The notes under the pieces are model-generated. The model did no database searches. It was given only the letters and a program-made list of their open reading frames with translations, and was not told the DNA's origin. The translations under genes and the position numbers were made by a program. A stretch of DNA of 64,000 nucleotides from Eledone cirrhosa (lineage: Eukaryota): contig OZ024740.1 in the NCBI GenBank assembly GCA_964016885.1, positions 177,134,001-177,198,000 of the forward strand, in the 5' to 3' direction. How positions within the stretch are numbered: the stretch's first letter is position 1; the number at the start of each line of letters is the position of its first letter. This document shows, one piece after another, positions 40,927 to 54,275 of the stretch.

Positions 40927-41476
40927 TGTAACATCATAACAACGGATGGAACTTGACGAAAACCAGCGTGTTTACCTCTCACCAACAAAACCAGCATTGA
41001 ACCAACAATGCAATGAAACTTGCATTAGAAACGTGTTGTTAAATCATTATCTTGCTGAATTATCAAAACAAAACTCGAACAGTTCACATCACCAACGGGA
41101 TATCAAATATGTATATATTAGGGTGTTTCATATTTATTGAGAAATATTTTTGTTAGAATATCCTCATGTCAAGTGCGCTGTGAATCCATTTTACATCGAT
41201 GTGACTTTGAACACATTTGAGATGTCGAAGACGGGTAGGGCCCCGGTCATTAAGATTATACCATGAATGGATTGATATCGAGTCAATTGTAATATGCCAA
41301 TAACATTTGTACACATGCTGTAAAACTAACTTCAAATCGTCTTCCTCTATTTACACTCTGCGCATTACAGCCTCTTTAACTCTAGAATACAACCCAGCAC
41401 GAGACGGAGCACATAACAGCCTTGAGAGCTTCAGACGGCGCGCCAGCTGGAACAGCAGTTACACACCTAACACACG

Positions 41477-41525
<49 letters not shown>

Positions 41526-41559
41526 CAGAGAGGGAGGGTGAGGTGATACATATATATAT

Positions 41560-42230
41560 ATAAAATATGAGAAGAAAGAAGAATACTGCATGGTTTGCAC
41601 ATGGGTTACATATGATAAAAATAGTCCTTCGTCAGTGATTTTCCAACCATCATTGGTATTTCATCGCATTAAAAATCAGATACCTCGGGTTGGTGCGAGC
41701 AATAACTAAAAAAAGTTATTGGTACCAGAATTCGCGTAAGGCGAGGGGGACAAGTAAACAACATAGAAGGATAAAAGCAAACCGAAGATAGGAAAATAAA
41801 CAAGCAACATGGTTGTCAGGTCAGCATAAGCTGGGTGGATTTCATGAGCGAGAGAGGTACAGACCGTGTTGATGTGTGTGAGATTTGAGCAAGAAGAGAC
41901 CCACACAAGTCAAACGGGAGGAAGTGAGAAGGGGAGATACAGAGAGTGAGTGAGTGGAAGTGTGAGGAAGAGGTCAGTCGAGAGAAAGTGTAACTGACAG
42001 AGGGGGCGAAAGAAGGTGACAGAAACAGAGAGAGCGTGGAAGCAGTAAGAGAGAAACAGACAAACGCAGCCGAGGTAAATATATATAAAAAACATGAGAA
42101 GAAAGAAGAATACTGCGTGGTTTGCACATGGGTTACATATGATAAAAATAGTCCTTCGTCAGTGATTTTCCAACCATCATTGGTATTTCATCGCATTAAA
42201 AATCAGATACCTCAGGTTGGTGCGAGCAAT
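41560..42230 (-). mobile_element. Family C partial tandem (~528-bp unit) between (TA)n tracts
   Basis: ~135-bp direct repeat at 41566-41702 and 42094-42229. Confidence 0.75.
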
Positions 42231-42367
42231 TTGTATATATATATAGCTGTGTAATGGAAACCACATCCTATTGACATTGATTGCAATACTCTTAGCAGAG
42301 TTTGCAGTCATCATACATATTATACACGTATATGTATGTATATATATAAAAATATATATATAAGTGT

Positions 42368-42429
<62 letters not shown>

Positions 42430-42755
42430 ATGTATGTGTGTGTGTGTGTGTGTGGAGCCCGACCCACAGAGAGAGAGAAAGTAATGAATATGGATCACTG
42501 GTATTGCAAAAATGATAGTAAGCGGATATGAAAAAAATGAAAGCAATATAATTGATTACGTTAAATATAAGTGTTCGGCGTCAAATTTCAACTAATTGTG
42601 CTTTACATAACTAGATCCATCATGGCAGACGATGTTTTGTTTTCAACGTTGAACATACAATACATGTTGCAGACAATGGTAAATCGAGATTGTAATGTAT
42701 GCTATATGCGTGCTTTATATACATCCATATATCTATATGCTTACACCCCCACAGC

Positions 42756-42801
<46 letters not shown>

Positions 42802-42984
42802 GCATTTACGCATATACGCATTCACTAATATGTATTTTCTTTACAAACAGAAGAAAACATCAGTGGATGGTGCTGAATTTTTTAAAAACGTTTATCAGCT
42901 GTCTGTTGTTGGATACTACATAATCAGACAACTGGTGGATGGGCTATACTGTGGCAAAGTTATAGTCAAGGGCTGCTTGTTAAG

Positions 42985-43385
42985 ACGTTGAGTCAATGTT
43001 GCTGTATGGATCAGGTACGTGGACTCTGACAAATGCATTCGAGAAGAAACTAGATAAATTCTTAGATTGGTACATAACAATAAACTGACGCCAACATTTT
43101 ACAAATTAATATTTATATGGAAATTTGTCCAATATAACTACTACAATTACTAAAAGACGGTTACTATTTGCAGGACATTTCTGGAGATGTAAGCAGGTCG
43201 TTATACGCAAGCTAATATTGTGAGAGCCACCTCAGGGAAGACGCAGTAGAGGAAGACTTCTTCGAACCTTCATAAATCAGCTCTCAGATGATACAAATGT
43301 GAGCAGGGAGAAGTTACCCGGAGCAATGGAAAATAGTGAATTGTAGAGAGACTATATCAGCAATTTTCGATCGTGGCTATAAAGA
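42985..43385 (+). mobile_element. RTE LINE C-terminal fragment
   Basis: VESMLLYGSGTWTLTNAFEKKLD; RRLLFAGHFWR; PQGRRSRGR..TFINQLSDDT. Confidence 0.75.
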
Positions 43386-43683
43386 AGATGATGCTGGTTA
43401 GGATATATTTAAGGATCAAATTCAAGTTTTTTTTTTTTGGCAATGCCCCTAATATGACTGCTGATAGGTTTGGTTAAGAGACAATGACATTTCGGATGTG
43501 ATGTGTGGTTGTCATGTGTAGCTTTTCTGCAGCGAGTGAAGGTTCGTGGTTTAGTGGTCAGTGTTTGTGGCTAATGATGATATAAACGTTAGTTCCAATC
43601 TCGTTGTGTCCTTTAGCAAGACACTTTATTTCGAGTGCGCTTTACGCCACAGCTAACTTGCATCTTAATTCAAATGACACACG

Positions 43684-43769
<86 letters not shown>

Positions 43770-43864
43770 TAAAACAAATAAACTTCCTGTAGATTTGATT
43801 TTTGAGTGATTGTTACTAGCCACGGTCACTGAAATTAAATTCTATAGACTTAACTACTTTGTCT

Positions 43865-44412
43865 CTGCGGATCCACTGTAGACAATTTTGACCTCTACCC
43901 ACTGTCCGGTGGTTACAGTGCCGGCTGCTTTCCAAGCCAAGCTGCTCTCAACGAGGTCATAAAGCGTGCCTTGGATGCTACAGGCTTCCATTCCCAGCTC
44001 GAGCCGGCGGGGCGGGACCGAAGCGACGGCAAAAGGCCAGACGGCATGACTTTCTTCTCGTTCCGCGTCGGTAAAACTAGATGCCACATGCAGCGACACA
44101 TTATCCAGCGGCAACCTGGTGCAGTCCGTGACCAACCCAGGCTCTACTGAACCTCGCGCTGAGAAGGGTAAACGCTCCAAATATCGGTCGCTCTCCGACA
44201 GGTTTACGGTCGAGCCCGTAACAGTGGAGCCTTCTGGTGTCCTTGGATTTAGGGTCACCTCCTTACTCATCACGATCGGCACAGAGTTGGCTACCCGCAG
44301 GTGTGAGCCTCACGAACTGGAATGGCTTTTCCAGCGCGTCACTCTCACCATCTTCCGGTGAAACGCCTTCTCGATTCTGTCCGCCGGGGCCGCGGACGGC
44401 CAGCACGTGGGC
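43865..44412 (+). mobile_element. Decayed CRE-clade RLE domain fragment
   Basis: ALNEVIKRALDATGFHSQLEP..DGKRPDGMT; homologous to 47700-48170. Confidence 0.8.
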
Positions 44413-44424
44413 CCTCATTACTCA

Positions 44425-44700
44425 TAATAATTGTTTCTACTTTTGTCACAAGGCCAGCAATTATCCAGTGCATTACTGGTACTTTATTTTATCGACCCCG
44501 TAAGGATGAAAGGCAAAGTTAACCTCGGCGGGATTTGAACTCAGATCATACAGGTAGGCAACTCTATGCTTCAAAGCATGGCATCCGACCCTCTACCGAT
44601 ACTGCCAATCCACCGCCTTTACTCATAATAATTGTTTCTACTTTAGGCACAAGGCCAGCAATTACCCAGTACATAACTGGTACTTTATTTTATCGACCCC
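44425..44700 (-). mobile_element. Full-length SINE plus adjacent truncated SINE
   Basis: 44425-44617 and 44625-44700; ttactcataataat occurs three times. Confidence 0.9.
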
Positions 44701-44792
44701 TTTACTCATAATAATGAGAGATGGGTAGAGTTTGGTTCTTTTGTATTCAGACCGTACCACACACACATCAACAGTTAATACAGAATTTGTTT

Positions 44793-44920
44793 TAATGTAT
44801 TTTACTTTCCTATAGTCACTAAGATAATGTATTTTACTTTCCTATAGTCACTAAGATAATGTATTTTACTTTCCTATAGTCACTAAGATAATGTATTTTA
44901 CTTTCCTATAGTCACTAAGA
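44793..44920. repeat. Minisatellite, 4 exact copies of 32 bp
   Basis: taatgtattttactttcctatagtcactaaga x4, no spacers. Confidence 0.95.
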
Positions 44921-45158
44921 TTCGATGTAAATTTAGTTACATACATACTTCAATATAATTGAATTCCTTTTGGGATTGTTACTAGACACATTCACTGAAC
45001 CATGACATTCGCGATTTTTGGTGCAAAAACCACTGGGTAGATAAATCTTCTTAAAAACTCCAATTGCATTTTCAACGTTTTTTTCTTATAGTTTTAACCG
45101 TGTGGGATATAAAAAAAACCAGGTGTTTGTATATATATGTATATGTGTGTGTGCGTGT

Positions 45159-45202
<44 letters not shown>

Positions 45203-45241
45203 CTGTGTGTGTGTGTATGTATATATATATATATATATAAA

Positions 45242-45440
45242 TAGGAAAATGTTAGACCCCGACGGCAGAGCTCAAGCCGTTTCGACGGCTATTTCTGGAG
45301 TCCACAAATAGCCGTCGAAACGGCTTGAGCTCTGCCGTTGGGGTCTAACATTTTCCTAGTACCCACTCTGCTACCCTAATAATTGAGTACTCTGGTGCGT
45401 TATGGTTCATCTGGTTCCTTACCACACCTCCTTCGTTAAA
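45242..45440 (+). mobile_element. Fold-back PLE-like end in (TA)n
   Basis: 53-bp inverted arms 45242-45294 and 45306-45358; GAAAC next to the hairpin; ACTC..TTGAGTAC motif downstream. Confidence 0.7.
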
Positions 45441-45467
45441 TATATAAATATATATATATGTAACAAA

Positions 45468-46090
45468 GGGAGGACAAGACAACGAACAAAAACAAGGCAA
45501 AACGAAAAATAATTTTTTAAAGAGAAAGTTTAAAAAATATAAAAAAAAAAAAAATACAAACGAAAGACAGAACTTAGGGTCATCTGTCGTTGAGATGGAC
45601 GTTGGCAATTTTGACCACTACTAACGGTACTGCTGGTCTACCCAGGGTCACAGCGTCTGACACAAGCCAAACGTTGTCCAGTGGAGTAAGAGACGAGAGA
45701 AAAAACAATAATTTATAGCAATTAAGCTAATTCAAGTACACATAGAATTGTATGTGACGTCAAGGAAAAAGTTTGGTGCCTCGTATAGCACGAAAGTTTC
45801 ATGAAGGAAACATAGGGGAAAAAGGAAAGAAAGGAATAAGAAGGACGTAAGATGTCGTGTTAAAAAATGTAAGCCATAAAAATTAATGGGGTGGGAGGAG
45901 AAGAGCAAACACATTCGTCACGGGTTAGAAATGGTAAACTTAGTAAAGTGAAGAGGGGACAAGACAATGATCGAAAACAAGGCAAAACGAATAACTATTT
46001 TTTCAGGGGAAACCTTAAAAAAATATTTTTTCAAAAATAAAAATACAAACGAAAGACAGAACTCTAGGGTCATCGGCCGTTGAGATGGAC
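45468..46090. repeat. Partial tandem, ~490-bp period
   Basis: 45468-45600 resembles 45956-46090 (aaatacaaacgaaagacagaact..agggtcatc..cgttgagatggac). Confidence 0.75.
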
Positions 46091-46493
46091 TTTGTAATCA
46101 TTGTAATCACACACACACATACACACACACACACACAACACACACACGCGCGCGCGCGCGCACACATATATATATATATATATAATATATATCGCGCACA
46201 TATATATATATATAAATATATATAATATATATCGCTACAACAATTTCTATACTTTCAATTTATATATAATATATATATATATATATGTTTATGCAATATA
46301 ATAGTGTACGTTAATCAATCAAATGAGCCCCAACATTAAAAAGACACATATAGATGATAATAAACGCACCCATTCAAAGACATTCATACACGTATATACA
46401 TTCCACACTCACTCACACGCACCGACTCACCCACATACATATTGTATTCATATATAAATGTATGTGTACGTATGTATATAAAGTTTTATATTT

Positions 46494-46588
<95 letters not shown>

Positions 46589-46892
46589 TCTATATATATA
46601 TATGTATGTGTGTGTGTGTGTGTCTTTATATGGACACATGAATGTATATGATATATATCTGTATGTGTGTATACATACATACATACATACATACATGAAA
46701 TACTAATTAATTTCGCCTATCTTTGTGTCATGGCGTGTGTATCTTAGTGACGTATAACTGTTTGTTGTGTATTCATAAACACAGACTGCTGCACATTTTC
46801 TCATGAAAATTCATATAAATATATCAATTCACACCGGTTATTAACAATAGCCTCATTTGTTTTTTCTTATTTTCCCCTTTCGTTTCATATAC

Positions 46893-47026
46893 AGCCCTTG
46901 CCATTCTGAGTTCAAATCCCGCCGAGGTTAACTTTGCCTTTCATCCTTATGGGGGTCGATTAAATAAAGTATCAGTAATACACTGGGATAATTGCTGGCC
47001 TTGTGCCAAAAGTAGAAACAATTATT
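46893..47026 (+). mobile_element. 5'-truncated SINE
   Basis: B box, core, tail. Confidence 0.85.
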
Positions 47027-47158
47027 TTAAAGAGAAAAGAAAACAAAACCTTCGTCATTTTGCCCATGTGCAGAACTTTTGCTATCAACTTCTATTTCTA
47101 AATTTTTCTCCTTTATACTTGTTTTCAGACATTCTTTCTTGTATCTTCTAATGTATAA

Positions 47159-47208
<50 letters not shown>

Positions 47209-47212
<4 letters not shown>

Positions 47213-49270
47213 ATAAGACTAAAATCCGAAGAGGGCTCGAAGAGGATAATATTTATAAAAATATATAAAACCGTAGAGCAAATATTTATTAAAATAACAG
47301 ATTAAACTTTAAGCAAAGAATCGCTGCTTTCACCCTTAACGGGATCTTCTGAAACTAAATAAAATCAATGTGTGAACGCCGAGAATCATTCGGTTTCCTA
47401 AATAGAATATTAGTCTACGACTTCATTTATACCATAAACGTGGTTTTGTCTTTGCATGTAATTGTTCTCATCGTTCCACATAATGACGTATTTGCCTGTG
47501 TGAGTGTGGAGAAGAGAGAGCGAGAGAGATTTCGAGTTTCCAATTTAGTTCAGCTTTAAACTCAATTACTAAAGAATTAGGACAATGGGATTGATGAGTT
47601 AATATCTGTATACAACAACTACAACGGTACGCGATGGGGCCCACCAACAGCCCCGGCGGACAGAATGGAAAAGACGTTTCCTCGGAGGATGGCAAGGGAG
47701 ACGCGCTGGAACAGCCACTCCTACTCGCGGGGCTTACACCTGCGGCTGGCCAGCTCAGCGCCTATGGTAGTGAGTAAGGAGCTAGCCCTGGGGCCGAGGA
47801 CACCAGAAGTCTCCACTGCCAGGGTTACGACCGCAAACCTGTCGGAGAGCGACCGGTATTTGAGGAGTTTGGCCCCCTCAGCCCGACGTGCAGCAGAACC
47901 TGGGTCAGTCGCAGCCTGAACCAGGTTGCGGCTGCAGAAAGTGTCGGTGCAAGTGGCATCCCAGACGAGGGGTTTGCCACCACGGAACGGGAAGATGGTC
48001 ATGCCATCTGGCCTTTTGCCGTCCCCTCGATCCAGCCCCACCGGCTCGAGCTGGGAAGGGAAGCCTGCAGCGTCCAAGCCATACTTAATGACCTCGTTGA
48101 GTGCATCTTGGCGTGGAATGCGGCCGGCACTGTGATGACAGGAAAGCGGGTGGAGGCCGAAATAGTCCACGGTGGAACCGCAGCGACATTGGTGTGGCTG
48201 GCAGATCCGGAGGCCGGGCCTTAGGGAAACGCCGATGCGCAGGGTATGGTTGTCTAGCTGCGTGCAAGTGGAGAAGGAGGGCAGGGCGTGGAGCTAGGCA
48301 CCACTGTAGGGTTTGGAAGCCGCACGAAAACAAGCAAGGCGGTGCTGGTCCAGCTGGCGCGTGAGCCTGTCTGAGGCCAGGCTGCACTGGATGGCATCCC
48401 AAGTGCGTTGGGGGGACTTGATGTCAACAGGGTAAGAAGGAGGAGGGACATCTACTGAGCTAAGTCCCAGCCGGTCCCACGTCTCACAGGAGGCCTCACG
48501 TTCTCTGAACACAGAGGGTTCTGCTGTGTTTTTAAGAACCCTGCTGACGAGGACGCGGCCCGCGGTTACCGACGAAAGATACGCCGGCAAAGCTAGTGAG
48601 ATCGGAGACCGGAGGCCAAGGCCGCCATACCTGACAGGTAAAGTGGCCTGTGGTCACCCTATGTCGTCAAACTTGACGTTGTATATCTCCTCGGCTGCTG
48701 CTCGGATACAAGTATCGAGATCAGCGAGGAGAGATGTCTGGGTGTAGCACGGAGCGCTGCGAAGTGTATAGAGGAGCTTCGGCATGGCGAAGCAGTTCCT
48801 CAGTAGAAAGAGAGCTGGGTGGCCGTCAATCAAGCCCAGTCGGCTCGTGAGAGTCTGGAGTTGTTGAAGCCAGGGCCTGGTGGTGGAGCGGATGGCCGGC
48901 GGGAGGAGCGGTGACCCGAGGATGAGGACATCCTCTTTGGGGGTCACCTGAACCTGGCGGAGAATGGACTGCACGTCCAAGACGTATTATCTTCGTTTTT
49001 TTTTCGTTCATTGCCAGGGAACGTCTTCACGAACCAAAGTATCGTCTTCCTGTTTTCCTTCGGTTGCAACGTTTTTCGAAATATTTACTTCTGCGTTCAC
49101 AGATTGATTTTTTTTAGTTTCAGAAGATCCCGTTAAGGGTGAAAACAGCGATTCTTTGCTGAAACTTTAATATGTTATTTTAATAAATATTTGCTCTAGG
49201 GTTCTTATATATTTGATATATATTTATCCTTATCGAGCCTCTTTGAATTTTAGTCTTCAAATTTATTATT
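47209..49270. mobile_element. PLE-like inverted arms (~175 bp), each with a hammerhead motif, enclosing a CRE fragment
   Basis: 47209-47382 resembles the reverse complement of 49090-49270; HHR-like at 47306-47356(-) and 49116-49166(+); (TA)n outside. Confidence 0.7.
47628..48980 (-). mobile_element. CRE-clade non-LTR retrotransposon 3' part (RT thumb, zinc finger, restriction-like endonuclease)
   Basis: LLRNCFAMPKLLYTLRSAP; GGLGLR; HPLSC..GR..LEPVGLDRGDGKRPDG..VWDATCTDT..LAVETSG; GC-rich; frameshifted. Confidence 0.85.
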
Positions 49271-50729
49271 ATTACTATATATATATATATACACATATAT
49301 ATATATATGTATGTGTGAGTGTGTATGTGTGTATGTATGTGAGTGTGTGAGTGTGTGTGTGCGCGCGTGTGTGCTTGTGTGTGTGTGTAACATTTCGAAA
49401 ATAAAATATCGTAGTGTTTGAGTAGATTGAAATTCATAGAAAATGTAGAAATTTCAAACCCAGAAGACAAAAGTAACCAGAGTCTATTACTATAAATGAT
49501 AACTTACAAACACGGTAAAAATGTCCCTACAGGCAGCAAAAGCTGGCCAGCAGCCACTACGGAGAATCAAACTTCGAATCTCTCTTAGTATGGAGTTTGA
49601 TTCTTCGTAGCGGTTGCTGATCCTTTGCTTTTGTCTCTTGGAGTATTTTTGCTCGATTTTCTAAGCCTAATATTTATAGCAATCGATTTTGGTGACAGTT
49701 ATTTTCTTTTATTTATTTTTTTATGGGTAAGAGATCATTTGAAGATACTTTAATATACAAATCTATTTCAAATAACAATAACACTGCAGATATTTAAAAG
49801 TGAAGGGAAGGGCAAGAGCTCTGGGGTCACGGGAGAATGGGAGGGGAAGGGGTGATGGGCTGTAGGCCTATGGTGCTGCGGTATTGCGGCTTCTCCCCAC
49901 GGAAAATGGTCAGCGACACCCACTGCAACAATCACCCCACCTCGCAGGGCCCCTTCCTCAGACGGGCTGCTGATATTCTGATCTCGCGGAGGAGCTTGGC
50001 ATTTCGGGGTCCAAGTACGCTTGAAATCTCGACGATGACCAGTATGAAGAGGAAGCGGCTGGAGAATCCCCAGTATTGAGATTTTTACATTTTCTAAGGG
50101 TGTACCTATATATTATTATCTCTTTATAATACTATAGTATTATAAACATTCAAACATTTACTGATTGAGTACTCGAAAATGTTTGGTAGAATGTAAATTA
50201 TAAAACTGGTATTGTCTTAGAACTTTTGGGTTTGGTAGTTGTATTTTATGATATTCTTCATTGAGAAGTGGATATCATGTTACTGCCCACTTCCTTTTAG
50301 TGACAATCAAATTTTGGAAAACAATTACCTCATATGGTATTATTAGGGTATGTATTTTAGGGGTTCTTATAATTAAAACACCGAAGAAAATACCTGACAG
50401 GCAACCTTGTAGTTGGCCGGCTAACCCTTCATGGGTGGCAGCTGTTACATATTCTTATACACGATAATGGCTGCAACTCGATTTCGAGAAATGTTTGTTA
50501 CGGACCTGGCGTTTTAGTGCTGCTAGGCCAATCCCACTCTCTGAACATCGAATGCATTTACCCGCAAAATAGAACTGGTCTACATCAATGGATGCAAACG
50601 AAGTCGCAGGTTTTATATCGAAGTAATCTTCTCCTAGAGAGATGTCTTAATAAAGACTAGGAGTCTTTCGCTCCACAAAAAACAAAATTACGTACATACA
50701 CACACAATAACACAGGCCACCACACACAA

Positions 50730-50796
<67 letters not shown>

Positions 50797-51029
50797 TATA
50801 TAAACACGCACGTCGAAGCATACAATATATATGTAGTTTTTTTTCTGGTAACCTATTTCTTTATATGAAAATTATAATTGCCGTTGCCGATTGTCAGCCA
50901 TACTCAACGTTGAATCATAATAATCGATGACCACAAGGAATCTGAATAGGTTTATACAATACATTTCCTTTGTTTTCATATACGCGTTTACACACACTCA
51001 CACACCCACCACACACACACTAACACACA

Positions 51030-51173
<144 letters not shown>

Positions 51174-51667
51174 CTTTCAACATTTTCTAATCCAGTATAA
51201 TCTACAGATTTGGATACTGTAAACGTTTTTAACATTTACGTTTAAATATACGCCATGTATTGAGTTCTATATGGTTTAATTATGTATCTATATATATATA
51301 TTCCACTGTTCTATCTTCCAAAGACCAATTAACTTGCAGGCCCCTGCAAAAGGATTTTGTTGATTTCGGATTTACAGAAACCTAGTGGAGATGTTATATA
51401 ATATTATGTAATATAGCCACGATGGTCCAGGTAACTGTCAAATATTTCCCCGAGTCAGTTTTTTCGTTGTTCTGGTCCTAGTGGCTCGCATTTCGGTCGC
51501 TGGCTTCAATTTGCATATCTGTCTAAACGTAATGTTATAACTCTAAGGTAAAATTCCTTATTGAGTGCTTTCGGCTGCACTTCCCGACAGCATTCGTTAG
51601 CTTGCCAGCAACCAGAGCTTCTATTATGCTGTACTACTTTCTTATCTCTATATACTCGTATATATAC

Positions 51668-51718
<51 letters not shown>

Positions 51719-51863
51719 TATATATATATATACATTTATATATTTGTAAATATATTTCATTTTAATTTTTTTACCCTCTTTTTAATTTGTTTTCCTCCCC
51801 TTCCCATTTAATGTCTTTCCACCACTTCCCTTCACACCCTCGGAACTCTTTTCCTGCCCACTT

Positions 51864-51899
51864 TTCTCCAGATGAAGGGCTTATGCCCGAAACGTCGTC
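51864..51899 (+). ncRNA. Minimal PLE-type hammerhead motif (U4A)
   Basis: CAGATGA-aGGGC ttat GCCC-GAAAC-GTC; stem I weak. Confidence 0.6.
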
Positions 51900-52018
51900 C
51901 CGCACCCCACCATCACCCCCACTCTTAATCGTCAACCTAAAACTAACACTTTCTTTTTTTTCTGTTTTAACTATAATATATATAAATATATATACATACG
52001 TGTATACACACACACACA

Positions 52019-52074
<56 letters not shown>

Positions 52075-52222
52075 CACTCACACGCACGAATATACGCCCA
52101 TATTCATACACAAGAACAATTGCTATATGCAATGGTCGAACCGTATGTATATCATGTAAGTGTGGCAATGAAAGAATGAGACAAGTGATTTGATTTTATT
52201 ATACTTCATTTCATTTTCTAAT

Positions 52223-52327
<105 letters not shown>

Positions 52328-52761
52328 ACATACAGAGACTCCCCTTAAACGAACATTCAATCACACATAAATACTCACACACATAAACACAGTCATGAGC
52401 ATATATATTATTTCAACATCATTGAGAACCAAATTATTCAAATGAGAGTAATATATACAATATTTGAACAAAGATGTGTGCTTTAACTAACGAACTCTTT
52501 TATATTATATTATTCACACTTCCCATACATTTTTGTCTAGATATTTATTTTTGTACCTTTCACTTTTAACTGTTATTTCCCGCTAGTCTGAAGTATAAAC
52601 AAAGCGATTGTCATCCTCATCATCATCATCATCCTTATCGTCTTCAGCACTATCCTCATAATAATCATTGTCGTCTATTAGCGCCATCATCATTATGATC
52701 ATCATTATAACCGCTGCTACCACCAACAGCAACACCATAATCATAATGAGGATAATGATAA

Positions 52762-53272
52762 TAATAATAATTTCTACTATAGGAACAAGGCCAGCAATTT
52801 GTGAAGAGGGGAAAGTTGATTAAATCGATCCCAGTGCATTACTGGTGCTTTATTTTATCGACTCCGTAAGGATGAACGACAAAGCTAACCTTCGCGAGAT
52901 TTGAACTCAGAATATAAAGAGCCGTAACTCTATGTCGCTAAGCATAATGTCCGACGCTCTATCGATTCTGCCAATTCAATAATACAAAGAATACAATAGA
53001 AACAACAACGTCAAAAGCCACACTGCACATACTCAAGGAGCAGAGCTGCACTCGGTAATGAAATGATGATATGCAATAAAAAATAAAACTGATAATAATT
53101 GTTTCTACTTTTGGCAGAAGACCAGCAATTACCCAGTGTATTACTAGTACTTTATTTTATCAACCCCGTAACGATGAAAGGCAAAGTTAACCTCGGCGGG
53201 ATTTGAACTCAGAATGGCAAGGGCCGTAACTCTATGCATCAAAGCATGGCGTCCGACCCTCTACCGATACTA
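52762..53272 (-). mobile_element. Two SINE copies (52762-52978, 53093-53272)
   Basis: Head and core on reverse strand. Confidence 0.85.
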
Positions 53273-53955
53273 CCTCAGAGTACATTATCCAATACACCGT
53301 TGTTATAATTTTCTTCTGTAGATAGTATGATCTGCTTTTGTATTAGCTTTGTCTTTTTATGTAATGCTATTTAATCTAATCATTGTTATCATGACTATTA
53401 TTATCTCAATTATCATAATTATTATTGCTGTAGTTTAGTTTGTTGCTGATATTGTTGTTATTGTTCGATGTGAAGGGTAATGTTTCACAGGACTCCGAAG
53501 AGCCGATATATTCTTTTAGGTCTACCAAATTACCAACACCGAATATCGGAATATTTGAATATATACCTCATTACTTGTAGTAGAAAGAGGAAGAAGAAAA
53601 GTTTGTTTTTATAAATTTTAAACAGGTTTTAACTTTGACAATACAATAGTTGTAAGTGATAGATAATATCAGCAAAGGAAAGACCAATCAAAACAGTATT
53701 TTCTTGGTCAGATTTGACGTCCCACTCGGTAAGCGAATGAAGTCTGGGATCTTGTCAATCGAACTCTGTCTCTATCTATGGCAGTACTAAAACAACACAC
53801 AAAAGAATGATTTTGAAAATATTAAGTTGAATAATTAAAAAAAAAACAAAAAACAAGGCGCACAAATAACGGCATTGTGGTTTTTTAAAAAAAAGCATCA
53901 CGACTGCCAACATCACAAAGAAAAGGTGGAGTTGGCAAGTTGTGTCAGCCCCCAC

Positions 53956-53987
<32 letters not shown>

Positions 53988-54275
53988 CTTTCTGCTGTTG
54001 CAGGAATGTGGACGGGGAGAAATGTAACGTAATTTCTGATTTTCAAAACGTGGAGTGAGTATCCTGTGTTCTTGAACTAGGAACTGGAAAAAGCTATGGC
54101 TGATGTAAAGACGGATGTATGCTTCATTGACTAGTATAAGACGTTTGGAAGCGTTTACATCATCTTTAACACTTAAAACGAGATGAAGATAGAGGAAGAG
54201 TTGGGGTGCTATAAAATTGGTTACAGGCTTGTGTCAAAGAGAGAGGTATGAATGTAAACCATTATTTTGACATAA

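Noticed and set aside
41625-41670. SECIS-like ATGA hairpin on the minus strand
   Set aside because: Helix too short and no proper GA quartet or apical AA spacing
44793-44920. 32-bp repeats of CRISPR-like length
   Set aside because: Contiguous with no spacers, no cas genes, eukaryotic context
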